Shown here: positions 10,372 to 19,892 of the stretch, piece after piece
How positions within the stretch are numbered: position 1 is the stretch's first letter
How the letters are laid out: each line of letters starts with the position of its first letter
Assembly (NCBI RefSeq): GCF_010671925.1
Contig: NZ_JAAHIH010000001.1
Span: forward strand, 677,053 to 741,052
Length of the DNA stretch: 64,000 nt
Direction: 5' to 3'
From: Moorena sp. SIOASIH
GTDB taxonomy: Bacteria > Cyanobacteriota > Cyanobacteriia > Cyanobacteriales > Coleofasciculaceae
Notes under the pieces: generated by a model
Seen by the model: the letters and a program-made list of their open reading frames with translations, nothing else
Told to the model about the DNA's origin: nothing
The model's database searches: none
Program-made: the position numbers and the translations under genes

Positions 10372-12198
10372 ATGACATCAGACACTCTATTCTTAACCCC
10401 TAGAACCTCTAACTCCAAACCGAACTTTGCTAACGCTACAGGAAACGCTCAGTTTACCAACTATAGTCAAGCTCCTGCTGGTACCTTGACTAATGCCCAG
10501 GTGGAGACCTTGGTCAAGGGTGGTGTAGCTACTGCTATTGCTGATGCTAAAGCTAGCTTTATCAATGACCCAGCTTTCTCTCAACTTTTCACTCAAAGTA
10601 CTGTAGTTGGTACTGAGGGGGCTTTTCAGGGCAGTGCCAATAGCCGCACTGAAGTGGTTGGTAATTTTTCAGTGGGAGCTAATCAAAAATTCTCTTTCAA
10701 TTTTTCAGCAGCTTTAGAACTGAACGCTAAAGAAATTGAAAATTCCAATCGGGAATATTCTGAGGCTAAGTCGGGGACATTTTTTTTCCTGTTGAATACT
10801 GATCAGATGAATCAGCCCAAGATTATCGATTCGTTTGCTATCTCTGGTGATTTAATTTCTTCCCGTCGAATCGGCGATCTGGATTTTGGCTTTAGTCGCA
10901 ACATCACACTGAACTCTCCCACAAAACGCTTTGATATTAATGGGAACAATGGCATAGATTTCGTTAAGGGTTCAGTTACAGGCACTTATCAGCGCACCTT
11001 TAGTCGCAATACTAATTTGACGTTAGTGGAAATTAATCAAAGTGCCGTTAAATTATTAGGAGATACCTTAATTGGCAACTTAGGTAATGATGTTCGCTAC
11101 GGCACGATCTGGAATGATGAACTCCGTGGCACTAACAGAAATGACAAAATTTATGGCAGCCTAGGTAATGATTCCCTCTATGGATTTGATGGCAATGATA
11201 TTTTAGAAGGTGGTCAAGGTCACGATCAGCTATTTGGGAGCTATGGTAGCGACAAACTCCATGGCAGCTTTGGTAATGACACTCTTAAGGGTGGCTCGGG
11301 TAAGGACATTATGTATGGTGGCTCTGGTCGAGACATTATGTATGGTGGCTCTGGTCGAGACACAATGTATGGTGGCATTGATGATGACACCCTCAAGGGT
11401 GGCTCGGGTAACGATTTCATAGTTGGGGATGCTGGTAACCAAAACAACAATGTTAGTGTTTACCGTGGGCATCAATATCTCCTGACTTCGGTTGCTGGCA
11501 CCTGGGACGAAGCTCAAGCTGAGGCAAAGCGTTTAGGTGGTAATCTGGTAACGATTAATGATGCTGCTGAGCAAACATGGCTGTTTAACAAATTTGGTTC
11601 TAAGGAACTGTTTTGGATTGGCTTAACTGACAAGTCAAGAGAAGGTAATTGGAAGTGGGTCAGTGGTGAGTCAGCAACTTATCGCAACTGGTCTCCAGGA
11701 GAACCCAACAACGCCACAATCTATGGAACTCAACCAGAGGGTGAAGACTATGCCGTCATGGGTTGGGGCGATCGCGCCTGGAATGATTTAAGCGATCGCG
11801 ATCCTTGGCATAATAATCTGCGAGGCGTGATTGAGATCAATCAGCCCAGTAATAAAGATGCCATAATTGGTGGAGATGACGTTATTATTGGTGATCGCGG
11901 TAGTGATACTTTAGTCGGTGGCAGTGGCGCAGATAAATTTGTGTTCAAACGGAATGAGAGTTTGTTACCCGGTGAATTCGATGTCATCAAAGACTTTGAA
12001 GTGGGTGTCGATAAATTTGAATTCCAAGGCTGGGGTAATAATATTAATGCTTCCAAGTGGTTCAATAATGAAATTTCCCAACGTGGGATTATTGATACTC
12101 AAGATGGTGCTCTGTTCCGTTCTGATTATGGTGGAACTGTTCTGTTTGAAGACGTGAGTGTAGCAGATCTCAGCTACTCTGACTTTAGCTTTAGCTAA
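10372..12198 (+). CDS. Secreted beta-roll (RTX-type) protein with an inserted C-type lectin domain, paralog C
   Basis: 608 aa. Same N-terminal domain and RTX repeats. The extra ~150 aa segment carries C-type lectin hallmarks (WIGLTDKSREGNWKWVSGE...WSPGEPNN...WNDLSDRDPWHNNLRGVIEI). C-terminus SDFSFS. Confidence 0.8.
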   Translation: MTSDTLFLTPRTSNSKPNFANATGNAQFTNYSQAPAGTLTNAQVETLVKGGVATAIADAKASFINDPAFSQLFTQSTVVGTEGAFQGSANSRTEVVGNFSVGANQKFSFNFSAALELNAKEIENSNREYSEAKSGTFFFLLNTDQMNQPKIIDSFAISGDLISSRRIGDLDFGFSRNITLNSPTKRFDINGNNGIDFVKGSVTGTYQRTFSRNTNLTLVEINQSAVKLLGDTLIGNLGNDVRYGTIWNDELRGTNRNDKIYGSLGNDSLYGFDGNDILEGGQGHDQLFGSYGSDKLHGSFGNDTLKGGSGKDIMYGGSGRDIMYGGSGRDTMYGGIDDDTLKGGSGNDFIVGDAGNQNNNVSVYRGHQYLLTSVAGTWDEAQAEAKRLGGNLVTINDAAEQTWLFNKFGSKELFWIGLTDKSREGNWKWVSGESATYRNWSPGEPNNATIYGTQPEGEDYAVMGWGDRAWNDLSDRDPWHNNLRGVIEINQPSNKDAIIGGDDVIIGDRGSDTLVGGSGADKFVFKRNESLLPGEFDVIKDFEVGVDKFEFQGWGNNINASKWFNNEISQRGIIDTQDGALFRSDYGGTVLFEDVSVADLSYSDFSFS

Positions 12199-12237
12199 CC
12201 CCCAATTCTAGAAGAAGCTGAGTGCTGAGTGCGCAGG

Positions 12238-12269
<32 letters not shown>

Positions 12270-12282
12270 GTCAGTGCTGACA

Positions 12283-12314
12283 AATCAATCAAAAGAAGCG
12301 ATTGATTCTTTTCT
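12283..12314 (+). terminator. Hairpin terminator after RTX paralog C
   Basis: aatcaatc-aaaagaagcg-attgatt followed by cttttctc. Confidence 0.45.
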
Positions 12315-12539
12315 CGTCCTAAAAAAAATCAGCCAAAATGGCGATACCTTTTGAAGATAGTTATTTATGATAGTGGTGGGCTTAATGCTTTCCATCAAAA
12401 GCTCAGATCTGGCTTTGGGTGAAGAGGCTGGTAGCCCAATCCATGGTCGGTTAAGCAAGGGTCAACTGTCAAAGGAAAGGCAAGAGGCAAGAGGCAAGAG
12501 GCAAGAGTTAATCAAATATAGAAGGATTTTTGGTAGCAA

Positions 12540-12810
12540 TGCAGTGGCCTCACGGGGAGGCAGTGCCGCCAAAGGGGGTTCCCACGGGGCTTTCAAGGTG
12601 CCGACGCAGGTTCCGCACACAGACCCATGCGCCATGAGCAACTGCCGTGGTTTCCCCCACTCGCGCTTCGGATCAAGACAGTAAGCATTCAGCAGTCAGC
12701 AGTCAGCCGTTGGCCACAGAGCCAAAGCTGATAGCACCTCAAGTAGCGTGGCCATTCGCTTAGCGTGGCCATAGGCCAAGGCTCAAACCTGATAGCTAAA
12801 TGCTTACTCA
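12540..12810. repeat. Composite MITE-like small-repeat cluster (GTTCGCGTAGCGTGGCC / AATGCTTAC / CACCTCAAGTAGCGTG modules)
   Basis: The same modules recur at 41640-41950, 53880-54195 and 50400-50465. Fragments occur at 8400-8470, 13125-13170, 29190-29240, 37030-37065 and 62735-62760. Confidence 0.75.
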
Positions 12811-13192
12811 AGACAAGGTCAAAAACGGTAATTATTTTGTATAATAGATTTAGAAATGCTATATAGGTAAACTACTTACTAGAAGAAGCATGGCAAGAGG
12901 ATGAACTTCTGCTAGAAATTCTGCCACTAGAGTCTCTTTTGACAGTAACCTCTTGAATAATGGTTGCTTCATCTCCAGAGGCAGTTGCTGTACTTTCGGC
13001 TTGGACTACAACCGTACCATCTGGTGAAACTATCCATTTTCTGATTGTCTGGGAACGTCTCATGGTTACATCACTCTAGTTAGTTATTTTAGTCATGGGG
13101 TAAATTCAATTTACTTACCCCTGCTCCGAAGCTCCGTTCGCGCCCCGCGTGCCCTACGGCCTCAGTCCCTAAAACCAGTAATAGCATTGGGA

Positions 13193-13951
13193 TTATTCCC
13201 CAGTATTGATGCTACTAAGTTCACTATGGATCATATAGTTAACTTCACTATTGAGCCACTCTTGAAACATACTCTGTAAAATTTCTTTAGACTTTTCTTC
13301 GGTTAATTCAGCTGGAATAAATTCTTCAACTAAGAAAAGATGATATCCTTGTTCGGTTTGCAGGGGATGAGTCACTTCTCCTGGCTGAACACTAAAGATA
13401 ACGGCAGCTATCTCAGGCTTAAAACTCCAGCGAGGCAACTTTCCTTCATAGCCACACCGTCGCTGCCTTTCTGGGTCTATATCATAGAAATGAGCAGCTT
13501 CATAAAAACTGATTTCTCCTTCCTCAATCTGATAGAAAAGCTCCTGAGCAATTTCCTCAGAATCCACCATAATTTGATAAACCAACACTTGCTCAAAGTC
13601 CAGTCGATTTTGAGCAAAGCTTTTTTCGACATCCTTAGAAAATAAGGACTCAGCAAGCTTTTGGGCAAGCAAGCGATCGCTAATTCCCGCTTCCCAATCT
13701 TCTGCTGTCACCATCTGATCTGCCAGCCAGGCCAATGTTTCTGCTGCCTTTTCCAAACGATGGGCATAACGGATCTCATCCGCCTGAGCTTGCACGTCTT
13801 CTGGTGTGACTGTTATCCCTCTTTCCTGAGCCGCTTTATTGATAACTCGTTGATACAAAACTTTTTGACAGATGCCCTTCAGATGCATCTCCTTTTTCAA
13901 GGAGTACATAATTTCCTCTGGAGTCACCGATGCTTTGGAAAGGTCAACCAT
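13193..13951 (-). CDS. PpiC/parvulin-type peptidyl-prolyl cis-trans isomerase with an N-terminal SurA-like chaperone segment
   Basis: 252 aa. The parvulin core pattern is readable: VLVYQIMVDSEEIAQELFYQIEEGEISFYEAAHFYDID...GYEGKLPRWSFKPEIAAVIFSVQPGEVTHPLQTEQGYHLFLV. Confidence 0.65.
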   Translation of the reverse strand: MVDLSKASVTPEEIMYSLKKEMHLKGICQKVLYQRVINKAAQERGITVTPEDVQAQADEIRYAHRLEKAAETLAWLADQMVTAEDWEAGISDRLLAQKLAESLFSKDVEKSFAQNRLDFEQVLVYQIMVDSEEIAQELFYQIEEGEISFYEAAHFYDIDPERQRRCGYEGKLPRWSFKPEIAAVIFSVQPGEVTHPLQTEQGYHLFLVEEFIPAELTEEKSKEILQSMFQEWLNSEVNYMIHSELSSINTGE

Positions 13952-14342
13952 TACACCCGATTATTAACTAGAACTGGAACTACTTACAGTCTTGGTCAGA
14001 TTCAGCTGAGTCAACCCTCTGACTCTTATCATGATACAAAAAGCAATTCCTAACCTCTGCCAAGTTGCCGAATTGAGGGCGTAGTATAGCAATTATCATA
14101 GTTATGAGCGACATTGCTTATCCTTTTAAGGCAGAGGGCAGAAGGCAGAGGGCAGCAAGGCAAGAAGGTCTTAAAGGCAATCAGCACCAATAAAGACTGT
14201 ACCTCATAGGTATGAGAAACGCTATATTTGCCAGTCAAACCTAGAGTTTAGACTTATCCCTCAATCAAAACACCTCGCCCCTCAATCCCCGTTTTGAAGC
14301 CAGCACACAGAAGCTAGATTAGATTTTGTGAAGCTTATAGCT

Positions 14343-14639
14343 TCAGAAGTATCTGCTAAAGAAGTTAAATCTCATGAAAAAAGGTTCCTGAATATTAGGT
14401 GCTGAGAAGTTATCAGTACCAGCGCTAGCTTCAACAATACCCCCAGTGTTTGTGGCTTTACTAGCAGATGCTTGCACTGCACTGGTAGCCATGTTTCCAT
14501 CAGGATCGATGCTCATGGAATTAGTCATAGTACTTGCTGCCTCAGGATTTACTTCCGATACAGATATAATTGCAGAACGACTAGCCTTCATCGTTGTAAA
14601 TGAGCCAGGTAAAGCCCATAAATCAAAGCTATCAAACAT
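14343..14639 (-). CDS. Small Ser/Thr/Ala-rich precursor-like peptide (98 aa), possible exported peptide
   Basis: Strong Shine-Dalgarno (aaaggagg, 9 nt before the ATG). N-terminus MFDSFDLWAL is loosely similar to the ISDLNHLE leaders of neighbouring peptides. An internal TNTGG motif is present. An operator-like palindrome TAGTGAAAAATTCACTA lies upstream. Confidence 0.45.
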   Translation of the reverse strand: MFDSFDLWALPGSFTTMKASRSAIISVSEVNPEAASTMTNSMSIDPDGNMATSAVQASASKATNTGGIVEASAGTDNFSAPNIQEPFFMRFNFFSRYF

Positions 14640-14892
14640 AATCGTTAACCTCCTTTGTTACTAATGGAACGAGTTACAAACAATTTTAATTAGTGAAAAA
14701 TTCACTAGACTTTTTGCAGAAGTAGGGAACTTCGGATCGGGTAATTTCGGATCGGGTAACTTAGGCTCAGTGGACAATAATTGATAAAATTATTATCATA
14801 AAATCGATGCAGCGCTGTTGCCTGTTGCCTTTTGCCTTAAAAGAATAAGCAAATTACCTCACCCAAATAAGAACTGCTATATATTTGTTGAG

Positions 14893-15180
14893 TTACCCAA
14901 TGAAACCATAAATCGCAAAGGCATCGTAGACAGAATGACCCGAGTAAAAACGATCCCTAGCCCTAGCCTCAGCTCTTGCCCTAGCTTCAGAAAAGAACTC
15001 GTCTACATCGGTAAAGCCTTTTACCGATGTATCGGTATACTGACCGAAAGCATCGGCCTTACCATGAGCGGTAGCAATGCCAGGACCAGTGAAGACTTGA
15101 GCATTAGTAAAAACAAAACCACCTAAAATAGGGTGGTCTTTTACCTCTAGCTCGAAATATTCTAATTGATCAATTTTCAT
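14893..15180 (-). CDS. Double-glycine leader peptide / bacteriocin-like precursor (95 aa)
   Basis: Shine-Dalgarno aggaga 8 nt upstream. Leader MKIDQLEYFELEVKDHPILGG, then a 74-aa Gly/aromatic-rich core ending AIYGFIG. Confidence 0.55.
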   Translation of the reverse strand: MKIDQLEYFELEVKDHPILGGFVFTNAQVFTGPGIATAHGKADAFGQYTDTSVKGFTDVDEFFSEARARAEARARDRFYSGHSVYDAFAIYGFIG

Positions 15181-15788
15181 GAATGATTCTCCTGGTCAAA
15201 TTAGGTAATGGTTAATTGTGCTCGGGAGCATTTACAGCGGTTTGCAATTCAGTTAGGTACAAAGTTCTAGTTTTTTAGGGAGTAGGGAGCAGGGAGCAGG
15301 GAAAAGGGAAGTCGGAAGTGGGAAAACAATCCTGTGTACCTGATAGTTATGCAAACCGCCGTAAAAGCAACTAAAAATCAAAGCGGGAGCATGTCAGTTT
15401 TGTTAATCCCTGATTCAGAACCCCCACCTCCTTAATAAGGGGGACTTTTGAATCTAATTCCCCCCAAGGTTCACGGGGGGTTAGGGGGGATATATGTACA
15501 TAATTACAAAGGTGACATGCTTCCAATCAAAGCAACTAAAAATGATGGATTAGTCCCATCGTTTTCCGTAACTAGCAAGCCAGATGTTACTACTACTAAT
15601 TGCTTCCTCATTTTACTCACTGCTAGCAAGATGCTCCCACTACCAATTCACAAAAATGGGATGCTCCCATTGTGATTAATGCTGCGGAAAGATGTTATTG
15701 ATTTCTTCTTCATCTTTCCGCAGCATTGATACCGTTAAATCTCAACTAGTACTCTAAGCCGTTTTAGTAATGACGCTTATTAGAAGCA

Positions 15789-16061
15789 CTAGTGAGAAGA
15801 ACTAGCAGATGTTGCATTTAGGCTAGAATGAGAACTATAGTCAGTAGTTGTAGTAGTGCCATTGATGCTGGTGAAGGTATTATTACCAAAGGCTCTTGCG
15901 TCGCCGTCAACCCTAGCTACGTGCCCTTTAATGTTGGTACCGACGTTGATATATCCGTTATATACGAAAGAGTTGTAGTGAGGTGGGTAGTAGCGAGATC
16001 CACCCACAACCTTGGGGTCCTCAGCAATAGTTTCTAAATGATTTAGATCAGAAATAATCAT
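15789..16061 (-). CDS. Double-glycine leader peptide / bacteriocin-like precursor (90 aa)
   Basis: Shine-Dalgarno aaggag upstream. Leader MIISDLNHLETIAEDPKVVGG. Core is Tyr/Thr/Ser-rich (SRYYPPHYNSFVYNGY...TTTTTDYSSHSS). A GCCAATTTGGC box lies about 90 bp upstream. Confidence 0.6.
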   Translation of the reverse strand: MIISDLNHLETIAEDPKVVGGSRYYPPHYNSFVYNGYINVGTNIKGHVARVDGDARAFGNNTFTSINGTTTTTDYSSHSSLNATSASSSH

Positions 16062-16366
16062 TATTTACTTTTCTCCTTTTGACTTTTTTTGTGTTAATAA
16101 ACTTGTTGAGTTTACACTCTAATTAAACTAGCAAATTTCCAAAATGTTTGTCTCGCCAATTTGGCAAGAAACCTATTGAGTTCCGGTTTGATATAACTAT
16201 TGGCGATTTAATACCCTGAAGTAATCAAACTGAAGCAATCAAACGTAAACCTGAGTGTACTCATCCTGATATAGAACTAAATTTGCTGCATGCGCTGCAT
16301 TCTATTAGGATATGAGGACACCCAGGTTTACAAGTTACTTAATCAGAAACTTGTCCTGAATAAGTA

Positions 16367-16696
16367 TTAGTAGGGGAAGATAGCAGAGGTAGTAATACCT
16401 ACAGACTTGGAGGCAGTTCCGTCAGGACCCTCAATAGTAACGGCTACGCTTTGTTGCTTAGTACCAACATTAAAACCGCTAGCGCTAGAACCTTCACCTT
16501 GGCTAGAGCTTGAAGCGCTAATACCACTAATGTCTACATTAGCTGTAATGTCAACACTGAAAATGTCGGTTTCGGTGACGGTGCTGGTGGTGCTTAAATT
16601 GGTGACGATATCGTTGTTGAATGAGATTCCAGCAGAAGCACCTTGAACTTGGCTAGCGTCAACAGATTCTAGATGGTTTAGGTCAGAAATAAGCAT
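16367..16696 (-). CDS. GG/GA-type leader peptide / bacteriocin-like precursor (109 aa)
   Basis: Shine-Dalgarno aaggag 8 nt upstream. Leader MLISDLNHLESVDASQVQGA is nearly identical in its first 10 residues to the 15789 ORF. Core is Ser/Thr-rich. The same GCCAATTTGGC box lies about 92 bp upstream. Confidence 0.6.
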   Translation of the reverse strand: MLISDLNHLESVDASQVQGASAGISFNNDIVTNLSTTSTVTETDIFSVDITANVDISGISASSSSQGEGSSASGFNVGTKQQSVAVTIEGPDGTASKSVGITTSAIFPY

Positions 16697-17039
16697 TGAT
16701 TTTCTCCTTCTTTGTTGTTGATTTTGTTTGTTTGAATCAGCTTTGTTTGAGCTGTTGATATAACTATAGCCAGATTCCCCTAGGCATGTCTCGCCAATTT
16801 GGCTTAAACCTTTTTTTTTTTTAAATCACTGAATTTACTAAAAGTATCTAGTCACCAGTAACCGATTTTGAATTAGTTCAAAGAGATTGGTAATCTTGAT
16901 GGGGTTTTATTGAAGTAAGTTATTAGTAATGAGCGTGTTATTATATCTAATCTAATTAAAAATTTGAACGCCACTTTGGCTTGATATTGATGATTGAATT
17001 CTCCCAGAACTAAAGTAGGTACTTTCGTTCTGGGTTTTA

Positions 17040-17236
17040 GGGAGTAGGGAGTAGGGAGTAGGGAGCAGGGAACAGGGACTTCGGAGCAGGGAGTGTGGGA
17101 AGTGTGGGGAGAGGGGGGCGTGTGGGGCGTGTGGGGCGTGTGGGGAGATGGGCAGAGGGGAGAGTGTGGGAAGTGTGGGAAGAGGGGGGCGTGTGGGGCG
17201 TGTGGGGCGTGTGGGGAGATGGAGAGATGGGGAGAT
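17040..17236. repeat. STRR-like heptamer tandem arrays (GGGAGTA, GTGTGGG, GATGGGGA)
   Basis: Direct reading. Similar arrays at 10012-10062, 12217-12280, 15278-15327, 43927-44075, 44096-44172, 45095-45244, 45925-45992, 54938-54993, 59176-59250 and 63137-63378. Confidence 0.9.
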
Positions 17237-17543
17237 GAAATTATTGATGTGTAGCCGTGTGAGGGCTAAGAATTGGTATAACCTGAGTTCGATATAAGCG
17301 ATCGCTGGACGAAAGAGTAAGAAATAGAAGGCTTGCACAACTAGGGTAGATTAAGGCTTTCAGGGTTACGTCTAACTTAGGTTAACTAGGGATTAGCCAC
17401 GCTTAAACCCTTAGATTAGGCCCGCTTAACCATTAACCGTGCCACCTAGCCCTAACCCTCAAAACTAAATTGACAGAGTACTAGGGCTGTTTTTACTAGG
17501 GCTGTTTTTACTAGGGCTGTTTCATTCCGGTCTATGATCAGAT

Positions 17544-17580
17544 AAAAAAACGCCTCGTCCATCAACACGGACAAGGCGGT
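17544..17580 (-). terminator. Rho-independent terminator of the hetP-like gene
   Basis: On the minus strand: ccgccttgtccgtgttgatggacgaggcg followed by ttttttt. Confidence 0.6.
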
Positions 17581-17683
17581 TATTAATGAATTACTTTGAC
17601 CACAGGCTTAGTCTGATCTGGTGTGGTGGTAAGCAGTGGCTGGTAATGACAAGGAGGATGGGTAGGAAAATGATTATACCTGC

Positions 17684-18118
17684 TCACCACAGGGAAACCA
17701 AACAGTCTTGCCGTAAATACTCGGCTAACTTCTTGAGCATGGATTCCTCTTCTTCCAGTTCACTGATAAACCACTCTTCTTGATCGCCACCGTGGACGTG
17801 TGAGGTTTTCTTGCCAAGCTTCTCTACATAAGCCAGATCTTTGATCTGGCTCAAACGCTGCCGTGCATTCAAGGCTTTAGTGCCATTGCTCATCATACTA
17901 GCTTGCTTCTGTAAGATCATATCCCGGTTTTGTTTGAGCAAGCGGCTGTAGGTTCTAGAAGGCATGTAGTCTAGGGGGTTATGGCCCGCAAAGCGTAGCA
18001 TCAACACACAAGCCCAAGAATACTTGCCATCAAGGATGGCTTCCTCGATCTCGCTAAACTTATCGGTATCCATCACTTTTTCGAGCTTGGTATTGGCAGA
18101 AGGAATACGATAGGTCAT
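17684..18118 (-). CDS. HetP-like protein (hetC-associated family)
   Basis: 144 aa. Core [34 protein letters not shown] is shared with the ORF at 24352-24666. It lies immediately downstream of the HlyD/HetC-like pair, matching the hetC-hetP arrangement known in Anabaena. Family assignment is from recollection of the conserved SWACVL core, not a search. Confidence 0.55.
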   Translation of the reverse strand: MTYRIPSANTKLEKVMDTDKFSEIEEAILDGKYSWACVLMLRFAGHNPLDYMPSRTYSRLLKQNRDMILQKQASMMSNGTKALNARQRLSQIKDLAYVEKLGKKTSHVHGGDQEEWFISELEEEESMLKKLAEYLRQDCLVSLW

Positions 18119-18287
18119 GGTTATTTCTTATCCTGTAAGTCTAAAGGTCAATAGTTTATAAGCTGGGGTGCAGTTAACTTGCAGATTTCAAGGAATTACT
18201 AGCAAGTTGACTACTAAGAATTAACGGTCAACTGTTAACCGTCAACGGAAAACGATCAGTCAGTGATGAAAATGAGAGAACAGAGCA

Positions 18288-19892
18288 CTATAGATCGATG
18301 CCACTTTTTTGCAGCTGTCGCATCGGATCCAATAAGAAATCGATAATCCGACGGCGGCGGATGATGATGTCAGCATTGGCGGTCTGACCAGCCTTAAACC
18401 GGATGATTTCATCCTCTTCAATCACATAGTCACGGTCGAGGGACACTTTCACCTTATAGACTGAACCCATTTGTTGATCGGCTTTAGCATCGGAAGAGAT
18501 GGAAATCACCGTGCCTTTGATGATGCCGTAATCCTGATAGGGATAGGCATCAAATTTTACTTGCACTGGCATTCCTTCGTTAATGAACCCTGCCTCGCGA
18601 GTAGGCAAACTTGCGGATAGCACTAGGGGGGCACCTTGAGGAGCGATTTCGGCGATGCTACGTCCCGGTTGCACCACTTCACCAGCATTAGCAATGTTGA
18701 GGGAAGATATTATCCCATCCACTGGCGCTTTGAGAAACTTCTGTTTGAGCCTGGTTTTAGCAGTAGTAACCAGGGTTTCATTTTCAGCAATTCTAGCTTT
18801 GATTTGGGTCAGTTCTAGTTCTAACTGTTGAATTTTCTGCTGTGTTTCTAAGCGAGTGGTGCGTCCCGTCGCTTGCCGATGCTCTAATTCTGCTTCTAGT
18901 CGCTTGATTTCTGCTAAAGTCTGTTCTAGCTCACCTCGGCTTTGGCTAGTCGCCGCTTCGCGATCGCGTATACTTTGCTGAGCTTGAAAGATCTGTTCCC
19001 GAGTACTCAAACCTTCTTGCAGTTTGCTTTCAGTAACAGCACTTTGGCTAGCACGAAAGCTTTGTTCTGCTTGAAATACGTGTTCTTTGGAGATTGCTCC
19101 TTCTGCCAACAGAGGTTTAAGGTTATCGAGTCGTTCCTTGAGAGCCACTACATTAGCCCGCCGTTGCTGGAGCAGTTCTTTGGCTGTCGCCTGCACCAGT
19201 TTCAGCCGTTGTAATCGTTCGCGATTAGCAGCTTTAGCTAACTGATGTTGAATGATTTGTTGTCTAATCGCCGACGCACTAGCTTGTGCTCGTGCGATCG
19301 CAGCTTGTTGCCCTTGAACTTCTGCTTGGGTAATTTGCTCACGGGTTTCCGCTTCCAGACGGGTTCTGTCAATCAGTCCTTGCATCTGAACTAACTTAAT
19401 CCGGTCTGAATTAAGCACTTTCTCTAAACGCTCTACTTCCTGAGTGGCAAGGTCTGTATCCAGTTCCACCAAGACTTCCCCAGCTTTAACCGCTTGCCCT
19501 TCTTTGACCTTAATACTGGCAACCTTGCCTGGCTCAATCGGGTCAACTTTATAAACGTCCCCTTTTGGCACTAAGCTTCCATGAGCTTTACCCACTTCAT
19601 CAATCTGCCCAAACGTTGCCCAAGCCACAAATATTGTACAGAAGCTTAAGCCACCCAACATCAGCAGCCGAGGAAGGTTCGCCGGAGGCTGATCGAGGGT
19701 AGTTTGTATGGAGGTTGACCATTTGGACGTACTAGGAGCATTGGCAGTATTGGTTCCTACCTCTGTGCTGGGTGAGGCTACAGCCTCTTGGTCATAATCA
19801 GGTCTCAGGCGACCTGATGGCATTAAAACGACGTTACCCTGACGACTGGTAGCCGCTTCAGGTGGGGAGTTGATTGGTTTTGCTTGTGTCAT
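18288..19892 (-). CDS. HlyD-family periplasmic adaptor, paralog 2
   Basis: 534 aa. Collinear with the ORF at 459-2093 (same TM, coiled-coil and C-terminal IIIRRRRIIDFLLDP). Confidence 0.85.
   Translation of the reverse strand: MTQAKPINSPPEAATSRQGNVVLMPSGRLRPDYDQEAVASPSTEVGTNTANAPSTSKWSTSIQTTLDQPPANLPRLLMLGGLSFCTIFVAWATFGQIDEVGKAHGSLVPKGDVYKVDPIEPGKVASIKVKEGQAVKAGEVLVELDTDLATQEVERLEKVLNSDRIKLVQMQGLIDRTRLEAETREQITQAEVQGQQAAIARAQASASAIRQQIIQHQLAKAANRERLQRLKLVQATAKELLQQRRANVVALKERLDNLKPLLAEGAISKEHVFQAEQSFRASQSAVTESKLQEGLSTREQIFQAQQSIRDREAATSQSRGELEQTLAEIKRLEAELEHRQATGRTTRLETQQKIQQLELELTQIKARIAENETLVTTAKTRLKQKFLKAPVDGIISSLNIANAGEVVQPGRSIAEIAPQGAPLVLSASLPTREAGFINEGMPVQVKFDAYPYQDYGIIKGTVISISSDAKADQQMGSVYKVKVSLDRDYVIEEDEIIRFKAGQTANADIIIRRRRIIDFLLDPMRQLQKSGIDL

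Noticed and set aside
12367-12684. 105-aa ORF
   Set aside because: It runs through GGCAAGA heptamers and a MITE module, and has no Shine-Dalgarno or motifs.
15448-15675. 75-aa plus-strand ORF with HGGLGG motif between two leader-peptide genes
   Set aside because: It is preceded by STRR-like G-rich repeats and has no Shine-Dalgarno. Its composition is unlike the neighbouring minus-strand peptides.
16952-17338. 128-aa Pro/His-rich ORF
   Set aside because: It is the translation of the (GTGTGGG)/(GGGAGTA) heptamer arrays.
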